DNA from: Spirochaetia bacterium
GTDB taxonomy: Bacteria; Spirochaetota; Spirochaetia; SZUA-6; Bin103
Length of the DNA: 64,000 bases
NCBI GenBank assembly: GCA_965203905.1
Contig: CBDBDQ010000005.1
Span: 5,664,001 to 5,728,000, forward strand
Reading direction: 5' to 3'
Shown here piece after piece: positions 47,407 to 56,583 of this stretch. A program made the translations under genes and the position numbers. The notes below the pieces were generated by a model. That model saw only the letters and a program-made list of their open reading frames with translations. It was not told the origin of the DNA and did no database searches. Positions within the stretch are counted from its first letter, which is position 1. Every line of letters begins with the position of its first letter.

Positions 47407-48864
47407 CCCCGCCGACGCACCCGTACGACCTGCTGGTGGTGGGCGGCGGCGCCGGCGGCTTTGCGGCCGCCCTGGCCGGCGCCCGGCGCGGGGCGCGCAC
47501 GGTGCTGGTGGAGAGGAGCGACACCCTGGGTGGCAACGCGGTGCGCTGCGGCGTGAACTGCTGGGAGCCGGGGGCGGGCGGAACCGGCATCCCGTTCGAC
47601 CTGTACCGCCGCCTGCGGCGCATCCCCCATGCCATCGGCATCTACTCCTTCGGCCGCCACGGCTGCTGGTACGACCCGCAGCGCGAACCCTATCGCTTTC
47701 CCGGCGGCGAGCAGCTGATCGACGCCTCCGGCCGTTACCTGGACACGCTGCGCCGCCACGGCTCGCGCGGACTGCCCGCGGACGAACAGTTCTGCCGCCG
47801 CCACTGGCACGGCGTGCCGTTCGAGCCGGAGGCGATGCACCTCGCGATGTGGGAGCTGCTGGAAGAAACGGGGAACTGTCGCGTGCTGCCGCAGAGCTCC
47901 TTCACCGAGGTGGAGACGGATGCCGGCCGCATCACGGGGGTGACCCTGGACCACGGCTGGCGGGTAGCAGCGCGGACGGTGGTGGATGCGACCGCCGACC
48001 TGCATCTGTGCGCCGCCGCCGGCTGTGCCCTCACCAGCGGCCAGGAGCCGCGTTCCCGCTACGCCGAGCCGGACGCCCCCGCCGAGCCGAGCGACCGCAT
48101 CAATGGGGTGTCGTTGATCTACCGGGTCGCCCGTTGCGACCCACCCGGGGTCGAGCCGCTCCCGGCCGCCATTCCCCAGCATTGCTGGTGGCGCGACCCG
48201 GAGGCCGGCTTTCCGTGGACCTCCATTACCCAGTATCCCAACGGCGACCTCAACCTGAACATGCTGCCCACGATGGAGGGCGCCGAGTTCCTGCGTCGCG
48301 GCTACGGCGACGCCTACGCCGAGTGCGAGCGCCGCGCGCTGGCCCACTGGCACGATTTGCAGCGCCGGTTCGCCGAGTTCCGGCGCTTTCGGAGGACCTG
48401 GACGGCACCGGGGCTGGGGGGTGCGCGAGTCGCGCCGGGTCGTCGCCGAGTACGTGCTCACCGAGCACGATCTGCTGGCCGGCCTGAGCGGGCAGGATCA
48501 TTCCGACATCATCTGCATCGCCGACCATGCCATGGACACCCACGGCAGCCACGGGCGGCCGTGCGGTGAGCTGCGCGAGCCCTATGGCGTGCCCTTTCGC
48601 TGCCTGGTCCCGCGCGGCTTCGGCAACCTGCTGGTGGCGTGCCGCGGGGCCGGCTTCAGCGCCCTCGCCGCTTCCAGTTGCCGCCTGACGCGCACCATGA
48701 TGCAGCTCGGGCAGGCCGCCGGCACCGCGGCCGCGCTGGCGCGCAAGCGCGACCTGCCGGTGGTCGAGGTGCCCGCTCGGGAACTGCGGGCGGCACTGGC
48801 GGAACAGCACGTCCAGCTTTCCCATCCCATGAGCGAGGAGCTGCACCGCCACCTCGCCGGCTAG
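47403..48864 (+). pseudogene. FAD-dependent oxidoreductase (FAD_oxidored family), frameshifted in a G6 run
   Basis: VVGGGAGG..AA, VDATAD; ...APGLG / VRESRR, YGVPFRCLVP..NLLVACR joined by removing one G at 48416-48421. Confidence 0.8.
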
Positions 48865-48904
48865 CCCGGTCTGGCGCCGAGGGTTTGCGCGCGTCCCGAC
48901 GGGG

Positions 48905-49800
48905 TAGTGCGTCAATTCACTTTTTATGGAATTGACATAAGAAAATAGGTAGGAAGAGTGAGCGCCGACGAGATAGACAGGATGGTAAGAGCGGCTCACC
49001 GGAGGCTAAAGGAGTCGCGCCGTCGAGTCGCCTGCCTGGGCGGCGGTCCACGCCGCCTCCAGATTCTATGAACGACAGAGCCCGCGCGCCGCACAGTGGC
49101 GCCGAAAAAACGCGGCCGGCGCCCCTGCGCGGAACTCTGCTGCGGCTGCTGCAGGACGCATGGGTAAGGGAGCAGCGGCTGATTAATGCCTTGCCGACTC
49201 GAGAGCGAACGCGCCGCGGCACGCTCGATAACTGGTCTTGCCGCGATGTGGTCGCACACATCGCCGCTTGGCGGCGTGAGGCCGCTACTCAGCTTGAGCG
49301 TGTCAGCAGCGGTGCCGCAGGATCCGACATCGAAATCCAAGCGTTCAACGACAAGATGTATCTGGAACATCGAGATCAAAGCTGGACGACGATCAAGCGG
49401 GGCGCCAAGCTCAGTTATCTCGCGCTACGGGCACAGACCGAGCAGCTCTCCGACGACCAGCTCAGCCGCCCGGCAGGACTGTCCGGGCGAAACTGGAGTC
49501 CGTGTCAGCTCATCAAGGTCGATGGCTACGATCACCCTATGCGGCACATGGCAAGTCTCTATCGCACACTTGGGAATCGCGCGGAGGCCGACTCTATAGC
49601 GACAGCAATCGCACACGGCTCGCTCGAACTCGCGACGGCCTGCGGTGCTTAAAGGTGCCCGTCTGTAGTCGGAGACCGCACAGTGACAACGGACGCAGAC
49701 GCTCCTTTATCGAGAGGGTTCAGGGCGATGCCGTCTTTGTGAGGGGCACCTACGCAGTAGACGCACTTACCCCTCCTACCTAAAGCAAACTGACGCACTA
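48905..49800. mobile_element. Non-autonomous inverted-repeat-bounded cassette (IS630-like ends)
   Basis: GGGGTAGTGCGTCA (48901-48914) and TGACGCACTACCCC (49791-49804); less GC-rich interior; no transposase. Confidence 0.65.
49068..49652 (+). CDS. DinB-superfamily four-helix bundle (ClbS/DfsB, DUF1706-like)
   Basis: WSCRDVVAHIAAW, FND..Y...RDQSW, LSDDQL, DHPMRH. Confidence 0.75.
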   Translation: MNDRARAPHSGAEKTRPAPLRGTLLRLLQDAWVREQRLINALPTRERTRRGTLDNWSCRDVVAHIAAWRREAATQLERVSSGAAGSDIEIQAFNDKMYLEHRDQSWTTIKRGAKLSYLALRAQTEQLSDDQLSRPAGLSGRNWSPCQLIKVDGYDHPMRHMASLYRTLGNRAEADSIATAIAHGSLELATACGA

Positions 49801-49862
49801 CCCCCGGCTACCCCCGGCGGTCGCGGAGTGACACCGGCCCGCGCATGCGGGATGATGGAGGG

Positions 49863-51143
49863 GTGACCGTAGAACTGGTGGCAATCGGCTCCGAGCTGCT
49901 GCTCGGACAGATCGTGGACAGCAACTCGGCGTGGATGGCGCAGCGTCTGGCCGAGGTAGGCGCCGACCTGTATCGCAAGACTACCGTGGGCGACAACCTG
50001 GAGCGCATGGCAGACGTGCTCGACGGCGCGCTGGGGCGGGCGGACTGCGTGATCACCGGCGGTGGGCTGGGGCCCACCGAGGACGACCTCACCCGGCGAG
50101 CGGTGGCGCAGGTATTCGGGCGTCCCCTGGAACGCCACGCCGGCGCGCTGCGCAACCTGGAGCAGCGGTTCCGCGCGCGCGGCTTCGTGCTGACCCCGAA
50201 CAACGAGAAGCAGGCGCTGCTGCCGGCGGGCGCCACCCTGGTGCACAACCCCAACGGCACCGCCCCCGCATTCATCGTCGAGGATCGGCGTGGCACCGTG
50301 ATCAGCCTGCCGGGGGTGCCGTTCGAGATGAAGTGGCTGATGGAGCACGAGGTGGTGCCCTACCTGCGCCGCCGCTGGGGCCTCGACACGGTGATCCACC
50401 ACCGTGTGCTGAAGGTGGGAGAGCTGGGCGAGAGTGCGGTGGACCACCGCATCGGCGCCATCATGACGGAGTCGGCCAACCCCAAGGTAGGCGTGCTGGC
50501 GCGTCCGGGGCAGGTGGACGTGCGCATCAGCGCCCGCGCCGACTCGGCGGCCGCGGCGCGGGCGCTGATCGCGCCCACGGAGGCGCGCGTGCGCGCCGCC
50601 CTGGGCGACCACGTCTTCGCCACCGACGCGGAGACCCTGGAGAGCGTCGTGGCGGCGGCCCTGACCCGGCGCGGCTGGCGCGTGGCCAGCTACGAGGACC
50701 GCACCGGCGGCAGCGTGGCGGCGGCCCTGCGCGAGGCGGCCGGCGAGCGCTTCGTGGAGGGCCGCGTCGTCGCCACCGAGACCGGCCGCGCGCGGCTGGC
50801 GCAGGCCGGCGGCGAGGGGGCAGAGGCTTCCGGCGCTGCGCTGGCGGCGGCCATGGCGCGCGCCGTGCTCCGGCTCAGCGACGCCGACCTCGCCGTGGCG
50901 GTACACGCGGCCGACGCCGCCACGGACGCGGCCACGGAGGGCGCAGGAGCCGAGATGGCCGGTGCCGCCACCATGGCGGGCTCCGCCCAGCCCCAGAACC
51001 TCGGCCCGGGCAACACCTGGCTGGCGGTGGTCGGGGCCGCGGGGGAGCACAGCCACCACCTGGGAATCGGCGCGCGCGGCCAGGTGGACCGGCGCCGGGT
51101 GGCCGTCGCCGCCCTCAGCCTGCTGCGCAGAGCGCTGCTCTGA
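49863..51143 (+). CDS. cinA: Competence/damage-inducible protein A
   Basis: IGSELLLGQIVDSN, TGGLGPTEDDLT, NPNGTAP, LPGVPFEM; C-terminal domain degenerate. Confidence 0.88.
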   Translation: MTVELVAIGSELLLGQIVDSNSAWMAQRLAEVGADLYRKTTVGDNLERMADVLDGALGRADCVITGGGLGPTEDDLTRRAVAQVFGRPLERHAGALRNLEQRFRARGFVLTPNNEKQALLPAGATLVHNPNGTAPAFIVEDRRGTVISLPGVPFEMKWLMEHEVVPYLRRRWGLDTVIHHRVLKVGELGESAVDHRIGAIMTESANPKVGVLARPGQVDVRISARADSAAAARALIAPTEARVRAALGDHVFATDAETLESVVAAALTRRGWRVASYEDRTGGSVAAALREAAGERFVEGRVVATETGRARLAQAGGEGAEASGAALAAAMARAVLRLSDADLAVAVHAADAATDAATEGAGAEMAGAATMAGSAQPQNLGPGNTWLAVVGAAGEHSHHLGIGARGQVDRRRVAVAALSLLRRALL

Positions 51144-51195
51144 TCCCGGCCGGCGGCAACGAGCGCGGCCGCGGCGTGCTAACATGGTGGCCGCC

Positions 51196-52050
51196 ATGAC
51201 TGACACACCTGACGACCGTGGCGGGCCGCTGAGCGGCGCCGAGGTGGCGGCGTACCGGCACGACGGCATCGTGGTGCCGCGCCACGCGCTGCCGGCCGCG
51301 CAGCTTTCCTCGTTGACGGCTGCGCTGGACCGGCTGCTCGCCGACAACCCCGGCGTGCGCCCGGAGAAGCTGGTCAGCGCACATATCGAGCGCAGCGCGG
51401 AGGGCGTCAAGGGGAACCGCGTGTTCCTGGAGATTGCCCACCACGCCGCGGTGCTGGACGCGGTGGAGCAGCTCATCGGCCCCGACATCATCCTGTGGGG
51501 GTGCCAGGTATTCTGCAAACCCGGCGGCGACGGGATGGAGGTGCCGTGGCACCAGGACGGCCAGTATTGGCCGATCCGGCCGCTGGCTACCTGCACCGTC
51601 TGGATCGCGATCGACGCCAGCAGCACCGAGAACGGCTGTCTGCGGGTCATCCCCGGCTCGCATCACCGCCACCAGTTGCGCAGCCACCACCGCAGCACGC
51701 GCACCGACGTGGTGCTCGACCAGGAGCTGGACGCGGACGCCTTCGACGAGACGGCGGCCCGCGACGTGGAGCTGCAGCCCGGCCAGATGTCGCTGCACGA
51801 CGTGTACCTGATCCACGGCTCGCATGCCAACTCCTCGCCGCGGCGCCGCGCCGGGCTGGCGTTGCGCTACATGCCGGCCAGTTCCCACTTCGACCGCGGC
51901 CTGCTGCAGCCCGGTTCCTCCACTTCCACCTACGTCGTCGACTTTTCGCAGCGTCCGATCTGGCTGGTGCGCGGCGTCGACCGCAGCGGCAGGAACGACT
52001 TTCGGATCGGACACGATTCAGGCACGGAAAGGAGCAAGCAAGATGAGTGA
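51196..52050 (+). CDS. PhyH family Fe(II)/2OG oxygenase
   Basis: PWHQDGQYW, VIPGSH, SLHDVYLIHGS..N...RRAG. Confidence 0.9.
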   Translation: MTDTPDDRGGPLSGAEVAAYRHDGIVVPRHALPAAQLSSLTAALDRLLADNPGVRPEKLVSAHIERSAEGVKGNRVFLEIAHHAAVLDAVEQLIGPDIILWGCQVFCKPGGDGMEVPWHQDGQYWPIRPLATCTVWIAIDASSTENGCLRVIPGSHHRHQLRSHHRSTRTDVVLDQELDADAFDETAARDVELQPGQMSLHDVYLIHGSHANSSPRRRAGLALRYMPASSHFDRGLLQPGSSTSTYVVDFSQRPIWLVRGVDRSGRNDFRIGHDSGTERSKQDE

Positions 52051-52813
52051 ACTTGGTGCGGCGGCACAATTGTATACGGTCCGGGATTACACCCGGACGG
52101 CGGAGGGAGTTGCCGAGACCTTGCGCCGGGTACGGGCCATCGGCTACCGGGCGGTGCAGGTGTCCGCGTTCGGACCCGTCGATCCCGAGGAAGTGGCCCG
52201 GCTGGCGCGCGTGCACGGGCTGCAAATCGCGGCCACCCACTTCGATTGGGACGAATTCCGCACCGATCTGGAACGGCTGATCGACGTCCACCGGCTGTGG
52301 GGCTGCCGCCACGCGGCCATCGGGGGACTGCCCCAGGAATACTACGTTGCCGGCGGCGCGGCCCGTTTCGCCGCCGAGCTGGCACCCATCTCCGAACGGC
52401 TGGCGGCCGCCGGCATCGATTTCTCCTATCACAACCACAATCACGAGCTGGTGCGCTACGGGGACACCACCTGGCTGCACCAGGTGTACGCGGCGGCGCC
52501 GCCGGAGCATCTCAAGGCGGAGCTGGACTTCTACTGGCTGACGGCCGGCGGCGCCGACCCGGCGCAGTGGGTCAGCGACCTGGGCGCACGCCAGCCGATC
52601 GCTCACTTCAAGGATATGGTGGTGATGGCCGACCGCACCCAGCGGTTCGCCCCGGTCGGTGCCGGCAACCTCAACTGGCCGCGCATCGTCGCGGCGTGCC
52701 GGGCTGTCGGGGTGGAATGGGCGATGGTGGAGCAGGATCAGACCTACGGCGCCGATCCGTTCGACGAGTTGGCGCTAAGCTTCCGCAACCTGCAGGCGAT
52801 GGGCATCGACTGA
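52043..52813 (+). CDS. Sugar phosphate isomerase/epimerase (AP-endonuclease-2 TIM barrel)
   Basis: AQLYTVRD, YHNHNHE, ELDFYW, HFKD, MVEQD. Confidence 0.9.
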   Translation: MSELGAAAQLYTVRDYTRTAEGVAETLRRVRAIGYRAVQVSAFGPVDPEEVARLARVHGLQIAATHFDWDEFRTDLERLIDVHRLWGCRHAAIGGLPQEYYVAGGAARFAAELAPISERLAAAGIDFSYHNHNHELVRYGDTTWLHQVYAAAPPEHLKAELDFYWLTAGGADPAQWVSDLGARQPIAHFKDMVVMADRTQRFAPVGAGNLNWPRIVAACRAVGVEWAMVEQDQTYGADPFDELALSFRNLQAMGID

Positions 52814-52819
52814 CCCGGG

Positions 52820-53476
52820 ATGATCGACCACCTGGTGTACGGAGCGCCGGAACTGGCGTCCGCGGTGGCACGGCTGGAAGAACTCCTCGGAGTAGCGGCG
52901 GCAGGCGGCGGCCGCCACGAGGGCCGCGGCACGCACAACGCATTGCTCGCCCTCGGCGCCGACACCTATCTCGAGGTCATTGCGCCGGACCCGTCCCAGC
53001 CGGCACCCTCCGGGCCGCGTCCGTTCGGCCTGGATCACCTCACGGAGCGCCGCCTGGTGACGTTTGCGGTGCACGCCGCGAACCGCCCGGCGGACCTGGA
53101 CCACCAGAGCGCGCCGCGGCAACTGGAACGGTGGCGCCGACGGGCCCTGCAACACGGGTACGACCCGGGACCGGTCAAGACCGGCGGCCGCCGCCGGCTG
53201 GACGGCAGCGAGTTGAGCTGGCACCTGTGTCAGCACCTCGAGCTGCCGTTCGGCGGAGCGGTGCCGTTTCTGATCGACTGGGGGCCGACGCGATCGCCGG
53301 CGTTGACGGCGCCGGCCGGTTGTCGCCTGCTGGAGCTGGAAGTCGGTCATCCGCAACCGGAGGCGGTGCGCGCCGCGCTGCGGGCGCTGGGAGTGGCGGT
53401 GCCGGTGCGGAGCAACCCGGCGCCCCTGCTGCAGGCCACGCTGACCACGCCGCGTGGCCGGGTCGTGCTGGCCTGA
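52820..53476 (+). CDS. VOC / Glyoxalase_3 family protein
   Basis: IDHLVY, GGRH..GTHNALL, YLEVIA, PFLIDW. Confidence 0.88.
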   Translation: MIDHLVYGAPELASAVARLEELLGVAAAGGGRHEGRGTHNALLALGADTYLEVIAPDPSQPAPSGPRPFGLDHLTERRLVTFAVHAANRPADLDHQSAPRQLERWRRRALQHGYDPGPVKTGGRRRLDGSELSWHLCQHLELPFGGAVPFLIDWGPTRSPALTAPAGCRLLELEVGHPQPEAVRAALRALGVAVPVRSNPAPLLQATLTTPRGRVVLA

Positions 53477-53495
53477 GCCGCCGGCCGTTTCTGGG

Positions 53496-54635
53496 CTACA
53501 GCGGCGCCGAGCCGGGAGCCAGGTGGCGGTTGACCACCTCCTCGTTCAGCTCCACCCCCAGCCCCGGGCCCTGCGGCACCACAAATCGTCCATCGCGCAC
53601 CAGCGGCCCGGGCCCGCGCAGCAGGTCCCAGCGCCATGCCACCTGATCGGCATGGTAGGGCAGCTCCATGCTGTTCAGGTTGCGCACCGCGGCACACACG
53701 TGGGCACTCGCCACCAGTCCCAACGGCGAGGTGATATTGTGGGCGACAAACGGCAGGTAGTAGAGGTCGGCCAGGTCGGCGATCTTCTTCGCCTCCCCCA
53801 CTCCGCCGGTAGCCGCCACGTCCACGTGCACCAGGTCGCACGCCTGGCGCTCGATCAGGCGGCGGAATCCGTCGCGGCGATAGAGCCACTCACCGGTGCA
53901 GATCGGGATCGGAGTGCTGCCCGTTACCTTGGCCAGGGCGTCGACGTTCTCCGGCGGCACCGGGTCTTCCAGGAACATCAACGCGAACGGTTCCAGCCGC
54001 TGTGCGAGCAGGATTACGTCCCGCACGTGATAGATACCGTGACAGTCGATGGCCAGGTCAACGGCGTCGCCCAGAGCGCCGCGGGCAGCGCCAACGAGGC
54101 TCGTCATACGTGACAATTCAACCAGGCTCAGACCCCGGGCGACCAAATCATGGCTCGCTTCGTCAGCGGCATGATCGATGTCGAACTTGATCGCATCGAA
54201 CCCTTCGGCGGCCGCCTCGCGCGCGCGTGCGGCCCAACTCTCCGGCGTGTTCGCCATGTCGACGCCCCGCCCCACATCTGCGTAAAGACGGATTCGGTCG
54301 CGATAAGCGCCCCCCAGGAGCTGGAAAACCGGCACCCCGAGTGCCTTGCCCTTGAGATCCCACAGCGCCGTCGCAACGCCGCCGATAGCTCCCACCAGCA
54401 TTCCCCCGGAGGAATCGCCGGTGGTACCGGCCAGGAGCCGGTTCTGGAGCGGTTCCACATGCAGCGCGTTCTCTCCGACCAGCAGCGGCGCCAGGCGCCG
54501 TTCCACCAGTTCCGGAATGCCTGCGCCCGGGTGCGCTTCACCGGTTCCGATCAGGCCGCTGGAGCTCTCCAGGCGCACGTAGTTCCAAGTCTTCGAACCC
54601 TTTACGGATATGGTCTTGACCGCGGTGATAGTCAT
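53496..54635 (-). CDS. Mandelate racemase / sugar-acid dehydratase family
   Basis: ALWDLKGKALGVPV.QLLGG, IDCH, FLEDP, TGE, AHN, GPGLGVE. Confidence 0.9.
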   Translation of the reverse strand: MTITAVKTISVKGSKTWNYVRLESSSGLIGTGEAHPGAGIPELVERRLAPLLVGENALHVEPLQNRLLAGTTGDSSGGMLVGAIGGVATALWDLKGKALGVPVFQLLGGAYRDRIRLYADVGRGVDMANTPESWAARAREAAAEGFDAIKFDIDHAADEASHDLVARGLSLVELSRMTSLVGAARGALGDAVDLAIDCHGIYHVRDVILLAQRLEPFALMFLEDPVPPENVDALAKVTGSTPIPICTGEWLYRRDGFRRLIERQACDLVHVDVAATGGVGEAKKIADLADLYYLPFVAHNITSPLGLVASAHVCAAVRNLNSMELPYHADQVAWRWDLLRGPGPLVRDGRFVVPQGPGLGVELNEEVVNRHLAPGSAPL

Positions 54636-54677
54636 GCTCGGTCACCCAGGATAACATATCCGCCGGGCTATTCCGAA

Positions 54678-54826
54678 CATGTCCAGCAGACGAACCTGGC
54701 GCACCGGTTCCATGGTCTCTGGCGCCACGGTGTGGCCTTGCGCACTAGTCTGAAATCATGTCCGGCAGACAATCAGGTGCATCGATTTTCATGGTCTCCG
54801 GCATCACGCAGTGGCATTGCGTACTA
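54678..54826 (+). repeat. Two imperfect 70-bp direct repeats (period 79)
   Basis: 54678-54747 and 54757-54826 share CATGTCCrGCAGAC, CATGGTCTCyGGC, CACG, GTGGCmTTGCGyACTA. Confidence 0.8.
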
Positions 54827-55127
54827 TGCGTAATCCTCCGGCGGCTCTCGCCGGGTCCCGGCGGTCGCGGGAAAAGCAGGAATTGCCATCGCAAACCGCT
54901 TGACTAATTCCATGCGATGCACGTTATTGTATGGCGATTCATGACAGCGTGCACTCTTGAACTTGCCGCACGGAGTTCCCCGCCAGTCCGCTCCCAAGTT
55001 GCACTTGGGCGCAGGGCTTGGGGAACCGGTCACGCAGGAACGGGTCACGTCGTGATCCGCCCTGAACAGGGCACGGGTTCACCATGGGGGTGCTCTGCTG
55101 AAATCAGTTACCCAGTAGGAGGCTTAC

Positions 55128-55388
55128 ATGCCACGTTTCTCGATTCGCCTGGTCAAAGAGGTTAAGGAGCAGGGCGTCACTGACGCGCTGATCGAGAAGT
55201 ACGAGAAGTACGTTCAGCGCATCGACGGTAATTCGGTGGGCCAGTTGAAGTTCCGCGAGTCCGAGGACATCTCGCTCGCCCGCGAGGCACTTCGCCAGGC
55301 CGGCAATAAGCTCGGCCGTGATCTGATTATTCGGCGCCCGCGGGGTGTCGAGAACGTTCTGGAGTTCCGCCTCCGGAACCCGGAATAA
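55128..55388 (+). CDS. Small charged hypothetical protein (86 aa)
   Basis: Strong AGGAGG RBS, coding-like codon usage, isolated by long intergenic regions. Confidence 0.75.
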   Translation: MPRFSIRLVKEVKEQGVTDALIEKYEKYVQRIDGNSVGQLKFRESEDISLAREALRQAGNKLGRDLIIRRPRGVENVLEFRLRNPE

Positions 55389-55863
55389 CCCGGCAAACTA
55401 CTTTCTTTACCGAGCGTCCGCGACGGTATCTGCGTCGCCCCGTCACCGTAGACGCGTGAGTTACGACGCCCCGCCGGAGCCGCTGGCGGGTCGCCGCGGA
55501 CGCTAGTTCCTTACCTATCCCGGCATCAGGAGAGCGTGCTGAGCGCGTGCATTGGGGGCACGCGTGGAGTCCGATCGATGGCTTGACCAGACCCAACGTC
55601 CCGAAACGGAGGGCCGTTGCACGAGTTGTGCCCGCACCGTTCCGGGTTAGAAGCCGGAGTGAGAGATCGGTCGCGCCGGGACCCCGCGAATTGGTCGTTG
55701 GTGCGACCCGTTGTTCATTTGGGATGTCCTAAAGTAGTATCCTGTAGGTGCTCGTGTCCCGGTTCGGGCGGCGTGCTTGGCGGGCCGTGGTGGTGGCCCG
55801 GTGCGACAGCCTGTGCGGGGCCGCCGGCCCCGGGCGCATCCGGTTGCCGGGAGGGAAGCAGGA

Positions 55864-56577
55864 TTGATTTCGATTCGCAACGTCACCAAGGTGTACCGGA
55901 GCGGCACTACGGAAGTCGCCGCGCTGCGTGGGGTCAGCATGGAGGTGAAGCGCGGCGAGTTTCTGGCCATCGCGGGACCATCGGGCTCCGGCAAGTCCAC
56001 GTTGCTCAACCTGATCGGCTGCCTCGACGCGGCCACCACCGGGGACGTGCTGATCGACGGCCAGGCGGTGTCGGGCCTGAACCGCAAGCAGCTCGCACTG
56101 TTCCGGCGTCACCATCTCGGTTTCGTGTTCCAGTCGTTCAATCTGATCCCGGTTCTCAGCGCGTACGAAAATGTCTCGTTGGCACTGTCGCTGATCAACC
56201 GAGACGCCCGCGAGGTGCGCACCCGGTGCCTGGAGATGCTGGCGGAAGTCGGGCTGCAGGAGATGACCGGGCGCCGCCCGGGCGAGCTTTCCGGCGGCCA
56301 GCAGCAGCGGGTGGCCATCGCCCGGGCGCTGGTCAAGGAGCCGCAGATCGTGCTGGCGGACGAGCCTACCGCCAACGTCGACTCCGAGACCGGCGAGGGG
56401 CTGCTGGAGTTGATGCGGCGCCTCAACCGTCAGTTCCGCACGACCTTCATCTTCTCCACCCACGACGCCATGGTGATGGACTACGCGGACCGGCTGGTGC
56501 GGCTGCAAGACGGCCGCATTGCCGGTGACGAGAGCCGGACCGAGGCCGCTTCCGGCGCGGCGGAAGCGGGGATCTGA
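55864..56577 (+). CDS. ABC ATPase (LolD/MacB-type)
   Basis: GPSGSGKS, GFVFQSFNL, LSGGQQQR, LADEPT; TTG start. Confidence 0.92.
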   Translation: MISIRNVTKVYRSGTTEVAALRGVSMEVKRGEFLAIAGPSGSGKSTLLNLIGCLDAATTGDVLIDGQAVSGLNRKQLALFRRHHLGFVFQSFNLIPVLSAYENVSLALSLINRDAREVRTRCLEMLAEVGLQEMTGRRPGELSGGQQQRVAIARALVKEPQIVLADEPTANVDSETGEGLLELMRRLNRQFRTTFIFSTHDAMVMDYADRLVRLQDGRIAGDESRTEAASGAAEAGI

Positions 56578-56583
56578 GCGGTC

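Noticed and set aside
54678-54826. Possible CRISPR array
   Set aside because: Only two 70-bp diverged units with a 9-nt gap, and no cas genes.
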